Assembly: GCA_033344875.1 (NCBI GenBank)
Contig: JAWPMO010000001.1
Location: 829,595-893,594, forward strand
Length of the DNA: 64,000 bases
DNA from: Ilumatobacteraceae bacterium
GTDB lineage: Bacteria > Actinomycetota > Acidimicrobiia > Acidimicrobiales > Ilumatobacteraceae
Direction of reading: 5' to 3'
Shown here: positions 28,808-37,710 of the stretch, piece after piece
Layout of the letters: the number at the start of each line of letters is the position of its first letter
Position numbering within the stretch: the stretch's first letter is position 1
Program-made: the position numbers and the translations under genes
Notes under the pieces: model-generated
The model's input: the letters and a program-made list of their open reading frames with translations, nothing else
The model's database searches: none
What the model was told of the DNA's origin: nothing

Positions 28808-31044
28808 CCGACGCCGACGACCTCACGGTCGGCCGGCTCCGCCGCCGCGCCGACCACGTCGGGCGTGCGCTCCGGGAGGCCGGCGCCGCCGTCGATGTCG
28901 ATGCGGGGCATCCACCGGTCGAGCCGGCGCGGCAGCCACCAGTTGGCGTCGCCCATCAGCTTCATCGTCGCCGGCACCAGGACGACCCGGACGATCGTGG
29001 CGTCGACGAGGATCGCCGTGGCGAGCCCCACGCCCATCATCTTCACGATCGGGTCGTCGCCCAGCACGAAGGCCGAGAAGACCGAGATCATGATCAGCGC
29101 CGCCGACGTGATCACCCGAGCCGTGCTCGCGAGGCCGCCGATCACCGCCTCGTCGTTGTCGCCCGACACGAGATACTCCTCACGCACCCGCGACAGCAGG
29201 AACACCTCGTAGTCCATCGACAGGCCGAAGAGGATCGCGAACATGAACATCGGGATGAACGACACGACCGGCACCGTCGTCTCCAGGCCGATCAGGTCCT
29301 TGCCCCAACCCCACTGGAACACCATGACGAGCACGCCGTACGCCGCACCGATGCTCAGGAGGTTCAGGATCGCCGCCTTCAGCGGTACGAGGATCGAGCG
29401 GAACACGAACATGAGGAGGACGAACGAGAGCAGGACGACGGCGGCGATGAACCACGGCAACCGCTCGGTGACGCGCTGCGACACGTCGCCGAAGCCGGCC
29501 GTCTGTCCGCCGATGTGGGCCGACACATCCGTCCCGTCGAGCGCCGCGGGGAACACATCGGCCCGCAGCCGCTCGACCGTCTCGTAGGTCGCGTCGTCCT
29601 GCGGCGTGGTCGAGGGAAAGGCGACGATGCTGGCGACGCCGGCCGCCGCGTCGAGCTCCGGCGGAGCGACGGCGGCCACGCCGGGGTCGGCGAGCACCGC
29701 CTCGCTCAGCCCGTCGAGCACCAGCGGGTCGCCGTCGGCGAGGTCGACCGCGATCACGAACGGCCCGTTGATCCCGGGGCCGAAGCCCTCGGCAGCCAGG
29801 TCGTAGGCGCGGCGCTCGGTCCGCGACTGCGGCTGGGTGCCCTCGTCGGGGAAGCCGAGCTGCAGTGCGAGGATGGGCGCGGTGAGCGCCAGGAGCGCGA
29901 CGGTGACACCGACGGCGTACAGCCAGGCGTGCCGGGACACGTGGCGTCCCCACCGGCGCCAGCCGGCGCTCACGCCGGCGCCCGCGTGATGTCCACGGCG
30001 ATGGATGCCCAACCGGTTGATCCACTCGCCGCTGAGACCCAGGAATGCCGGGAGCAGCGTGATCGACGCGACGACCATCACGAGCACGATCACCGAGGTG
30101 GCGATCCCGGCGGCCGTCAGGAACGGGAGCCCGGCGACGGCGAGCCCGAGGATCGCGATGACCACCGTGCCACCGGCGAAGATCACGGCCTGACCGGCGG
30201 TCGCGACGGCACGACCGGCCGCCTCCTCGACCGACCACCCATCGGCGAGGAACTCACGATGACGGGTGACCAGGAACAGCGCGTAGTCGATCCCGACGCC
30301 GAGTCCGATCATGCTGCCCATCTGGGGCGCCCACGTCGGGATCATCACGATGTGACTGATCAGTGGCATCAGCGACACACCGAGCGCCAGCCCGAACACG
30401 GCGATCCCGATCGGCAGACCCATCGCGATCACCGACCCGAAGGCGAGCAGCAGGATCACCACGGCAGCGGCGAGTCCGATCAACTCGGCGCCGCCGCCGC
30501 CCGCCTCCTCGAAGTTGAAGAACAGTTCGCCACCGGCCTCGACCTGCAACCCGGTGCCGTCACGGGCCTCGGCGACCGCATCCTTCAGCTCCTCGAGATC
30601 GGCGACGCCGACCTGCTCGATGACCGGGTACTGGACGGCGAGCAGAGCGATCCTCCCGTCCGCCGAGATGGTCGTGTCGACGGCGAGCACATTCGGCAGT
30701 CCGAGGAGATCGGCCCGAACCGCGGCGAGGTCGGCGTCGGCGACCGGGTCGTCGAAGGTGCCGACGCCCGCCGGTGTGGCCACCACCCGTGCGGTCACAC
30801 CCGCACGGTCGGAGTCGGCGGACGACAGCAGCTCGACCGCGATCTGCGAGTCGACGCCGGGTGCGCTGAAGCTGTCCTCCATGTCCCTGCCGAACGCGAA
30901 CGAGGAGGCCACCACGACGGTGGCGAGCAGTGCCCACAGACCGATCACGGTCCAGGGCCGACGGGCCGACGAACGGCCAAGGCGATAGAGCAACGACGTC
31001 ACGAGCATCCTCCACGAATCGACGATCCAGACGGACCGGATCAC
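28804..31044 (-). CDS. MMPL-family (RND superfamily) membrane transporter
   Basis: 746 aa. N-terminus LLYRLGRSSARRPWTVIGLWALL and the two 6-TM bundles with periplasmic loops are typical of MmpL. Start is GTG 31044 or ATG 31008. Confidence 0.9.
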   Translation of the reverse strand: MIRSVWIVDSWRMLVTSLLYRLGRSSARRPWTVIGLWALLATVVVASSFAFGRDMEDSFSAPGVDSQIAVELLSSADSDRAGVTARVVATPAGVGTFDDPVADADLAAVRADLLGLPNVLAVDTTISADGRIALLAVQYPVIEQVGVADLEELKDAVAEARDGTGLQVEAGGELFFNFEEAGGGGAELIGLAAAVVILLLAFGSVIAMGLPIGIAVFGLALGVSLMPLISHIVMIPTWAPQMGSMIGLGVGIDYALFLVTRHREFLADGWSVEEAAGRAVATAGQAVIFAGGTVVIAILGLAVAGLPFLTAAGIATSVIVLVMVVASITLLPAFLGLSGEWINRLGIHRRGHHAGAGVSAGWRRWGRHVSRHAWLYAVGVTVALLALTAPILALQLGFPDEGTQPQSRTERRAYDLAAEGFGPGINGPFVIAVDLADGDPLVLDGLSEAVLADPGVAAVAPPELDAAAGVASIVAFPSTTPQDDATYETVERLRADVFPAALDGTDVSAHIGGQTAGFGDVSQRVTERLPWFIAAVVLLSFVLLMFVFRSILVPLKAAILNLLSIGAAYGVLVMVFQWGWGKDLIGLETTVPVVSFIPMFMFAILFGLSMDYEVFLLSRVREEYLVSGDNDEAVIGGLASTARVITSAALIMISVFSAFVLGDDPIVKMMGVGLATAILVDATIVRVVLVPATMKLMGDANWWLPRRLDRWMPRIDIDGGAGLPERTPDVVGAAAEPADREVVGVG

Positions 31045-31183
31045 CGCCGGTGCGGGTCACACCCCCAGGTTGAACTGCCCCACCGTCCGGCGCATCGGCC
31101 GAACAGGCGCGCTCGAGGTGGCCGTCCGGTCGGGACGCGGTCGTTCTTTCGGCTGATCCGCCGCGACGGCCCGGCTCCGTACG

Positions 31184-32362
31184 ATGTCCATCGTGATTCC
31201 CGCGAGTGTCCGCAGCTTCCTGGCCGAACCGGCCGTCGCGGACCCGCCACGGAGGAACCGACGGGACTGGGTGCTCGTGACCGCGATCTCGGTCGGGGCC
31301 GTCCTCGAGGCATTCCTCCGGACGGACGACGGCTGGACCGACTTCCCCGTCGGCTGGCGATTGGCCTCGCTCGTGATGTTCTTCGTCGCCGTCCCCCCTG
31401 CGATCCTCGTTCGTCGGACGAGGCCGCTGCTGGCGACGCTCTGGGGATTCACCCCGACGATCGCGTTCGGGGTCGTCGCGGCGCTCTGGGTCGGGGCCTT
31501 CGGTGGACTGAACCTGGTCGCAGTCATCCTGATCGTCCCGTACGCCCTGTTCAGGTGGGGGTCGGGCCGCGACGCCGCGCTCGGGGCACTCGTCATGATC
31601 GGCGCCGGGATCTTCGGCAACCTGAGCGACCCGGGCGGCATCGGCGACTGGATCGGCGGCTTCATCGTGCTCGGCATCCCCGTCGAGGCCGGCCTGCTCG
31701 TCCGCTACCGCAACAATGTCCGGGCGCGCATGATCGAGGACGCCAAGTCGCGCGAGCGTGAGCAGCTCGCCCGAGAACTGCACGACACGGTCGCCCACCA
31801 CGTGTCGGCGATCGCGGTCCAGGCCCAGGCCGGACAGGCCATGGCAGCGAACGACCCACAGCGAGCGGTCGAGATCCTGGCGGTCATCGAACAGGCGGCG
31901 ACCACGACCCTGAACGAGATGCGGACGATGGTCGGGTCGCTGCGGTCGGGTACCGACGGCGACCTCGCACCCCAGCAGGGCGTCGTCGATCTCCCTCGAC
32001 TCGCCGCCGGTGCCGCCGGCGCACTCCGCATCGATGTCGAGATCGCCGACGAGCTCGGCCACCTCACACCGACCGTCGACAGCGCGGTGTACCGCATCGC
32101 CCAGGAGTCGATCACCAACGCTGTGCGGCACGCACGCCGAGCACAGCGCGTCGATGTCCGTGTCGAACCGGTCGGTGACCTCGTGCGGGTGACCGTGACC
32201 GATGACGGCGAGGGTTCTGACCAACCGGGCGGACAGGGATACGGTCTGCTCGGCATGGCCGAGCGCACACATCTCCTCGGCGGGCAGTTCGTCGCCGGTC
32301 CCGTCACCCCACGCGGGTGGCGGGTCCGGGCCGATCTCCCGCGGCTCGAGGTCGCTTCATGA
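31184..32362 (+). CDS. Sensor histidine kinase, HisKA_3 (NarL-partner/LiaS-DesK-like) with multi-TM sensor and no large extracytoplasmic domain
   Basis: About 5 N-terminal TM segments. H-box ELHDTVAHHVSAIAVQA. HATPase_c motifs (ESITNAVRHA, DDGEG, GYGLLGMAER). Confidence 0.85.
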   Translation: MSIVIPASVRSFLAEPAVADPPRRNRRDWVLVTAISVGAVLEAFLRTDDGWTDFPVGWRLASLVMFFVAVPPAILVRRTRPLLATLWGFTPTIAFGVVAALWVGAFGGLNLVAVILIVPYALFRWGSGRDAALGALVMIGAGIFGNLSDPGGIGDWIGGFIVLGIPVEAGLLVRYRNNVRARMIEDAKSREREQLARELHDTVAHHVSAIAVQAQAGQAMAANDPQRAVEILAVIEQAATTTLNEMRTMVGSLRSGTDGDLAPQQGVVDLPRLAAGAAGALRIDVEIADELGHLTPTVDSAVYRIAQESITNAVRHARRAQRVDVRVEPVGDLVRVTVTDDGEGSDQPGGQGYGLLGMAERTHLLGGQFVAGPVTPRGWRVRADLPRLEVAS

Positions 32363-33009
32363 CGATCCGGGTCCTGATCGCCGACGATCAAGACCTCGTC
32401 CGCACCGGCCTCGGCATGATCCTCGATGCGCAACCGGGGATCGAGGTCGCCGGACAGGTCGCCAACGGACGCGACGCCGTCGAGCAGGCCAGGCGCCTGC
32501 GACCCGACGTGTGCCTGTTCGACATCCGGATGCCCGAGCTCAACGGGATCGAAGCCACCCGCATCCTCGCCGGCCCCGACGTCGCCGACCCGATGCCGGT
32601 CGTCGTCATCACGACGTTCGATCTCGACGAGTACGTGCACGACGCGCTCAAGGCCGGCGCTCGGGGCTTCCTGCTCAAGGACGCCGGCCCGGAACTCCTG
32701 GTGCAGGCGATCCATGCCGCGGCGAACGGCGATGCACTGATCGCCCCCAGCGTCACCGCCCGCTTGCTGGCCGCCTTCGCGTCGGGAGCCGCATCGACCC
32801 CCGCGCAACCGCTCGAGCCGCTCACCGAGCGCGAGGAGGAAGTGCTGCTCACCGTCGCACGCGGCCGCACCAACGCGGAGATCGCCGAGGAGTTGTACAT
32901 CAGCCTCAGCACGGTCAAGACCCACCTGGCGAGCCTCATGAACAAGCTCTCCGCCAGGAACCGTGTCGAGATCGCGATGTGGGCATACGAGACCGGTCGG
33001 GTCAACTAG
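32359..33009 (+). CDS. Response regulator, NarL/LuxR family
   Basis: ATG 32359 overlaps the HK stop (ATGA). REC domain (IRVLIADDQDLVR, DVCLFDIRMP) plus LuxR HTH (LTEREEEVLLTVARGRTNAEIAEELYISLSTVKTHL). Confidence 0.9.
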   Translation: MTIRVLIADDQDLVRTGLGMILDAQPGIEVAGQVANGRDAVEQARRLRPDVCLFDIRMPELNGIEATRILAGPDVADPMPVVVITTFDLDEYVHDALKAGARGFLLKDAGPELLVQAIHAAANGDALIAPSVTARLLAAFASGAASTPAQPLEPLTEREEEVLLTVARGRTNAEIAEELYISLSTVKTHLASLMNKLSARNRVEIAMWAYETGRVN

Positions 33010-33013
33010 CCCC

Positions 33014-34024
33014 GTGGCGCCCGACGACCTGCCGCTGATCCGTCAACTCGCGACGCGGACCCTCGACCTCATCGAGCGTGAGTATCCCAACAGCATCCGT
33101 CTGACGCTCGACGGCCCGCCGGTCACACCGGTCACGCCACGCTCGCTGTACCCGGCGTTCCACGGCTGCTACGACTGGCACTCGGCCGTCCATTCACACT
33201 GGCAGGTCGTGCGGGCGCTCCACGCCATACCGTCGCCCGACGTCGGGTTCGACACCGCCGTGCGTTCCACGCTGGGTCGCACGCTGACGGTCGGCAACAT
33301 CCGAACCGAGATGGAATGGATCCACGAGCGGCCGGGCTTCGAGATGCCGTACGGCATGGCCTGGTTGCTCCGCCTGTGTCGTGAGCTGCGCGACTGGGGC
33401 GACCCGCAGGGACTCGCTTGGCTCGATGCGCTCGCACCGCTCGAGGCGCACGCGATCGACCGTTTCGAGCGGTACTGCACCGGCATGCTGCGCCCGGTCC
33501 GGGGCGGGATGCACAACCAGTCGGCGTTCTCCCTCGGGCTCGTCTGGGACAGCGTCGAGGAGCCCACCGTTCGATCGCTGATCGCCGAGACCGCTCGCCG
33601 GTGGTTCGGCGACGACACCGACATCGACGTGCGGTTCGAGCCGTCGGCCGCCGACTTCCTGTCACCGTCGCTGAGCGAAGCCGACCTGATGCGGCGGGTG
33701 CTCTCGACCGACCGGTTCGTGCGATGGCTCGAGCGCTTCGCGCCGGGTGGTTTCGCGGGACTGCGGCCGGTCGCCGTGGTCGACCCGTCCGATGGGCAAC
33801 TCGCCCACTGGGCCGGCCTCAACCTGAGCCGGAGTTGGATGATGTCGTCGATCGCCGGAGCGCTCCCCGTCGATCATCGCCTCGGTGTCGAACTCCGGGC
33901 CGGTGCCGCTGCACACGCGAGCGCCGGGTTGCCGATGGCCGATCACGACCACTACATGATCTCGCACTGGGTGCCGACGTTCGCCGTGTACCTGCTCACC
34001 GGCGCAGCGGGAGCCTCACGCTGA
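33014..34024 (+). CDS. DUF2891-like protein
   Basis: Motif EREYPN...YPAFHGCYDWHSAVHSHWQ resembles my recollection of DUF2891. GTG 33014 lies just after the RR stop. Family call is unverified. Confidence 0.55.
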   Translation: MAPDDLPLIRQLATRTLDLIEREYPNSIRLTLDGPPVTPVTPRSLYPAFHGCYDWHSAVHSHWQVVRALHAIPSPDVGFDTAVRSTLGRTLTVGNIRTEMEWIHERPGFEMPYGMAWLLRLCRELRDWGDPQGLAWLDALAPLEAHAIDRFERYCTGMLRPVRGGMHNQSAFSLGLVWDSVEEPTVRSLIAETARRWFGDDTDIDVRFEPSAADFLSPSLSEADLMRRVLSTDRFVRWLERFAPGGFAGLRPVAVVDPSDGQLAHWAGLNLSRSWMMSSIAGALPVDHRLGVELRAGAAAHASAGLPMADHDHYMISHWVPTFAVYLLTGAAGASR

Positions 34025-35396
34025 CGGAAGTCCTGCCCGGCACCGAGTCGACGTCGATTTCACCGCCGTGCCGATCGACGATGATCCGCCGCGAGATGTC
34101 GAGACCGAGTCCGGTTCCCTTGCCAACGTCTTTCGTCGTGAAGAACGGCTCGAACACTCTGGCGAGGACGTCGGTCGGCATTCCACAACCATCGTCGTCC
34201 ATTCGTACGACGACGACGTCGCCCTCACGAGCGGTCGAGATGCGGAGGGTGCCGCCCGAGCCCATCGCGTCGGCAGCATTTTCGATCAGATTGGTCCAGA
34301 CCTGGTTGAGTTCCGCAGCGAACACCTCCACGGTGGGGAGGTCCGGGTCGTAGCTGCGCTCGATGGTGACACCGTGGAGTTTCGGGCCCAGCATGACCAA
34401 CGTGCTCTCGATGCCCGAGGTGATGTCGATCATCTGGACCTCGGCGCGGTCGAGCTGTGAGTAGGTCTTCACATCCTCGACCAGGTGGGAAATCCGCGAG
34501 ATGGCGTCGCGCAACTCGTCCATGAGCGCTGCAGCGCCGAACGTGCTCGAGATCCAGCGCAGAGCAGCGTCGAGTGCAGGCGTTCCGACCGTCGATTCGA
34601 CCTGTTCCAGCCACTCCTCGTCGGCGCCCGCCGATGCGAGGACCGGCGCCATCCGCCAGGCCAGCGGAATCGATCGTACGTCCATCCACGACCCGAGCGT
34701 TTCCTCACGATCGGCGACGGCGAGCGCTGTCGCCGCAGACGTTGCCGTCTCCGTTCGCCCGAGCGCCAGCCGCAGTCGATCGAGTTCGAGAAACTGTCCG
34801 GCGATGATGCCGTGCTCGGCCAACGCCACGAGCGACGACAACATGTGCTCTCCCGTGCCGCTCAGCGCCTCGACCGAGCGGAGTGACGCAGCGGCAGGAT
34901 TGTTGATCTCGTGTGCCAGTCCGGCAGCGAGGGTGCCGAGCGCGACGAGTGACTCCCGTTCGCGCGCCAACGCATCGATGCCACGGATCGTTTGGTAGAC
35001 GCCGGTGATCATGTGTTTCGCGAACGGCGCCCAGCGACCGACGAGCTCACTGAGCTGATCGGAGGGCACCACCAGACATCGACCCGCTGCGGTTGCGCGA
35101 GCACTCGCTCGGTACGCGGAATGCCCGTCGACCTCACCCCACGCCGTGAGCCCGCCGGCCCATTGGCCCGGCGTCGACATCTCCGCGACGACGACCGGCC
35201 GTCCGCCGAGGAAGCGGCTCAATTCGATCGTTCCCTCCACCAGGATCCAGATCTGGTCGGCGGTGCGCCCCTCGTCGAACAACTGGTCGTCGGCAACGAA
35301 TCCACGCTCCGTACCGGCAGAGATCAGTTCCGTGCGCTGCTCCTCGGTCAGATCGCTCGTCAGGAACGCGTTGCGGAGGATCTCGGCGGACGTCAC
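33996..35396 (-). CDS. Cytoplasmic histidine kinase with N-terminal cyclic-nucleotide-binding-like (CAP_ED) domain
   Basis: No TM segments. CAP_ED-like N-terminus (FLTSDLTEEQRTELISAGTERGFVADDQLFDEGRTADQIWILVEGTIELSR). H-box LAAGLAHEINNPAAA. N/G1/G2 boxes (WTNLIENAADAM, DDGCGMP, GKGTGLGLDISRRI). The GTG start overlaps the upstream stop (GTGA 35393-35396). Confidence 0.85.
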   Translation of the reverse strand: MTSAEILRNAFLTSDLTEEQRTELISAGTERGFVADDQLFDEGRTADQIWILVEGTIELSRFLGGRPVVVAEMSTPGQWAGGLTAWGEVDGHSAYRASARATAAGRCLVVPSDQLSELVGRWAPFAKHMITGVYQTIRGIDALARERESLVALGTLAAGLAHEINNPAAASLRSVEALSGTGEHMLSSLVALAEHGIIAGQFLELDRLRLALGRTETATSAATALAVADREETLGSWMDVRSIPLAWRMAPVLASAGADEEWLEQVESTVGTPALDAALRWISSTFGAAALMDELRDAISRISHLVEDVKTYSQLDRAEVQMIDITSGIESTLVMLGPKLHGVTIERSYDPDLPTVEVFAAELNQVWTNLIENAADAMGSGGTLRISTAREGDVVVVRMDDDGCGMPTDVLARVFEPFFTTKDVGKGTGLGLDISRRIIVDRHGGEIDVDSVPGRTSVSVRLPLRR

Positions 35397-37054
35397 ACGG
35401 TCTCCAGGTACAGGTGGACGTTGCTGATCGAACTCGATCCTTCGCCGACGGCAGACGCCACACGCTTCATCGACGACCGACGCACATCGCCCGCGGCGAA
35501 GATGCCTGGGCTGCTGGTCTCGAGCAGGAACGGCGCTCGCTCGAGCGGCCAGGTGTGCTCGTCACCGCCGAGCACACCAACATCGGGACCCGTGAGGATG
35601 AAGCCGCGTTCATCGCGGGCAACGAAGTCACCGAGCCAGTCGGTCCGAGGCAGCGCGCCGATGAAGGCATACAACCAGTTCGTCTCCACCTTCTCCTCCT
35701 GGCCGGTGCGGCGATCGACGAGCTGCAACCACTCGAGGTGATCCAACCCGCCACCGCTGAGGATCTCCGACTGCAGGCGGACGTCGATGTTGCTGGCGGC
35801 TTCGACACGCTCCACCAGGTAACGCGACATACCGGTCGAGATCGACTCACCGCGCACGACGAGGACGACCCGGCGCGCGTATTCAGCGAGATGCAGCGCC
35901 GCCTGTCCCGCCGAATTCGCGGCGCCGACGATGTACACGTCCTGGCCCATCGTGGCCCTGGCATCTGCTGCGGCGGCGCCGTAGTACACCCCGCGACCGG
36001 TGAGCACGTCCAACCCGTCGGCTGGAAGCTTCCGGTAGGAAACGCCCGTCGCGAGCACGACCGCGCGAGCCTCGACCTCACGCCCGTCGTCGAACCGCAC
36101 GGCGTGGACAGTTCCGCGTCGCTCCAGCGATTCGACGCTACGCGTCAGGACCATCTCGGCTCCCAACCGGCGCGCCTGGGTGATCGCCCGATGCGACAGG
36201 TCGGCACCACTCAGTCCTTTCGGGAAGCCCAGGTAGTTCTCGATGCGGGCGCTTTGGGCCGCCTGACCACCAGGAGCGTCGCGCTCGATCACGGCGGTAC
36301 GGAGACCTTCCGACGCCGCGTAGACCGCCGCTGCCAGGCCCGCCGGGCCCGCCCCGACGACCACGACGTCATACAAGTCGGAAGTGGTGTGGGTTCCCAA
36401 CCCGAGGGCGTCGGCGAGCACCGTCAGCTCGGCGCCGTGCTGCACGGTGCCATCAGGAAGCACGACCAGCGGGAGAGCATCGCCACCGGTGCCGAACAGA
36501 TCGAGGAGACGATCGGCCTCGGCGTCGCGCCCGATTTCGAGCCATTGGTAGTGAAGGTGGTTCCTTGCCAGGAACATCCGGGTGTCGTAGCTCCGCGACG
36601 ACCAACGGTTGCCGACCACCCGGACCCCGTCGAACCGCCGGTGGTTGCCGCGCTCCCAGTCGTCGAGCAGGTCGTCGACGACCGGGTAGAGGCGGTCTTC
36701 CGGCGGCGACCACGGCTTCATCAAGTAATGGTCGATGCCGATCTCGTTGATCGCCTTGATCGCGACGTCGGTGTCCGCGTAAGCAGTGAGCAAGATCAGC
36801 TTGGCGTCACCGGCGACAGCGAGGGATCGTTCGAGCATGTCGATACCGGTCATCTCGGGCATCCGGTGGTCGGCCACGATCATCGCGACCGGCACATCGC
36901 GCCGAGCCAGCTCATCGAGGGACGCGAGCGCCTCGCTGCCCGACGAGGTCCGGACGATCCGGTAGCGGTCGGCGTAGCGACTCCGAAGGTCGCGTGTGAT
37001 CGCCTGTGACACCGCGAGGTCGTCGTCCACCGTCATGATGATTGGTCTGACCAT
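35393..37054 (-). CDS. Fused response regulator receiver / thioredoxin-reductase-like FAD flavoprotein (no Cys residues)
   Basis: ATG 37054. REC domain (IIMTVDDD, MIVADHRMPEMTG, LMKPW), then a linker domain of about 90 aa, then a TrxR-fold (VVVVGAGPAGLAAAVYA, YIVGAANSAGQAALHLA, GIFAAGDV). The position of the TrxR CxxC reads GVYYGAAAADA. Confidence 0.85.
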   Translation of the reverse strand: MVRPIIMTVDDDLAVSQAITRDLRSRYADRYRIVRTSSGSEALASLDELARRDVPVAMIVADHRMPEMTGIDMLERSLAVAGDAKLILLTAYADTDVAIKAINEIGIDHYLMKPWSPPEDRLYPVVDDLLDDWERGNHRRFDGVRVVGNRWSSRSYDTRMFLARNHLHYQWLEIGRDAEADRLLDLFGTGGDALPLVVLPDGTVQHGAELTVLADALGLGTHTTSDLYDVVVVGAGPAGLAAAVYAASEGLRTAVIERDAPGGQAAQSARIENYLGFPKGLSGADLSHRAITQARRLGAEMVLTRSVESLERRGTVHAVRFDDGREVEARAVVLATGVSYRKLPADGLDVLTGRGVYYGAAAADARATMGQDVYIVGAANSAGQAALHLAEYARRVVLVVRGESISTGMSRYLVERVEAASNIDVRLQSEILSGGGLDHLEWLQLVDRRTGQEEKVETNWLYAFIGALPRTDWLGDFVARDERGFILTGPDVGVLGGDEHTWPLERAPFLLETSSPGIFAAGDVRRSSMKRVASAVGEGSSSISNVHLYLETV

Positions 37055-37080
37055 CGCTCCCTCTCGCGCGTGCCCGTGCC

Positions 37081-37111
37081 CCGATCGGTTCGAAGGTATC
37101 ACCCGATCGGG
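37081..37111. promoter_or_regulatory. Paired CCGATCGG palindromes flanking a TTCGAA palindrome upstream of the REC-flavoprotein/HK operon (candidate operator)
   Basis: ccgatcgg at 37081-37088, ttcgaa at 37089-37094, cccgatcggg at 37102-37111. Palindrome centres are 22 bp apart and lie 27-57 nt upstream of ATG 37054. Confidence 0.3.
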
Positions 37112-37192
37112 CGAGGGGTTCCGGCAGCGGGCGAGCGGCAATCGACCATGGGGTTGGCGTCGACGAGGTCACCTCACTCTGGTGGAGCGGGC

Positions 37193-37702
37193 TCAGAGAC
37201 TGCGGTACATGATGCAGAGGTCGGTCTCACCCTCGGCCGAGTGGCGAAACGCTGCCGGGATCGTGCCGACGACCGCGAAGCCGAGTGATCGCCACAACGC
37301 CAGTGCACGCTCGTTGGTGGCCACGACGGCGTTGAACTGCATCGCCCGGAACCCGAGTTCGCGAGCCTCCTGGATCACGCCGAGCGCGAACACCCGGCCG
37401 ATGCCCTGTCCGGCTCGCTCCGGATCGACCATCCAGCCGGCGTTCGCCACGTGGTCGCCGAGTCCGGGCAGATTCGGCTTGAGCAGAGCCGTGCCGACCA
37501 CGGCGCCGTCCGCCTCGGCGACGAACGTGACCGTCCGTCCCTCGTCGAGGTGGAGCCACACGGTACGCGCGGCGTCCTCGTCGATGTCGGCCGGGTACGC
37601 ATACGTGTCGCCACCGGCGACGACGGCGCGGAAGATCGCCCAGATCGCAGGCCAGTCGTCGGCGACCGCCCGGCGAACCGTGAGTTGCGAACCGGGCGCC
37701 AC
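37193..37702 (-). CDS. GNAT family N-acetyltransferase
   Basis: Acetyl-CoA motif A (RAGQGIGRVFALGVIQEARELGF) plus NERALALWRSLGF. Confidence 0.85.
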   Translation of the reverse strand: MAPGSQLTVRRAVADDWPAIWAIFRAVVAGGDTYAYPADIDEDAARTVWLHLDEGRTVTFVAEADGAVVGTALLKPNLPGLGDHVANAGWMVDPERAGQGIGRVFALGVIQEARELGFRAMQFNAVVATNERALALWRSLGFAVVGTIPAAFRHSAEGETDLCIMYRSL

Positions 37703-37710
37703 GCCGCTGG

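Noticed and set aside
28630-31761. 1043-aa plus-strand ORF, the longest in the window.
   Set aside because: It lies antisense to the clearly recognisable MMPL transporter and continues into the kinase gene region. Its composition is extremely Arg/Asp/Gly/His/Pro-rich with no motifs. This is a typical stop-poor shadow frame of high-GC DNA.
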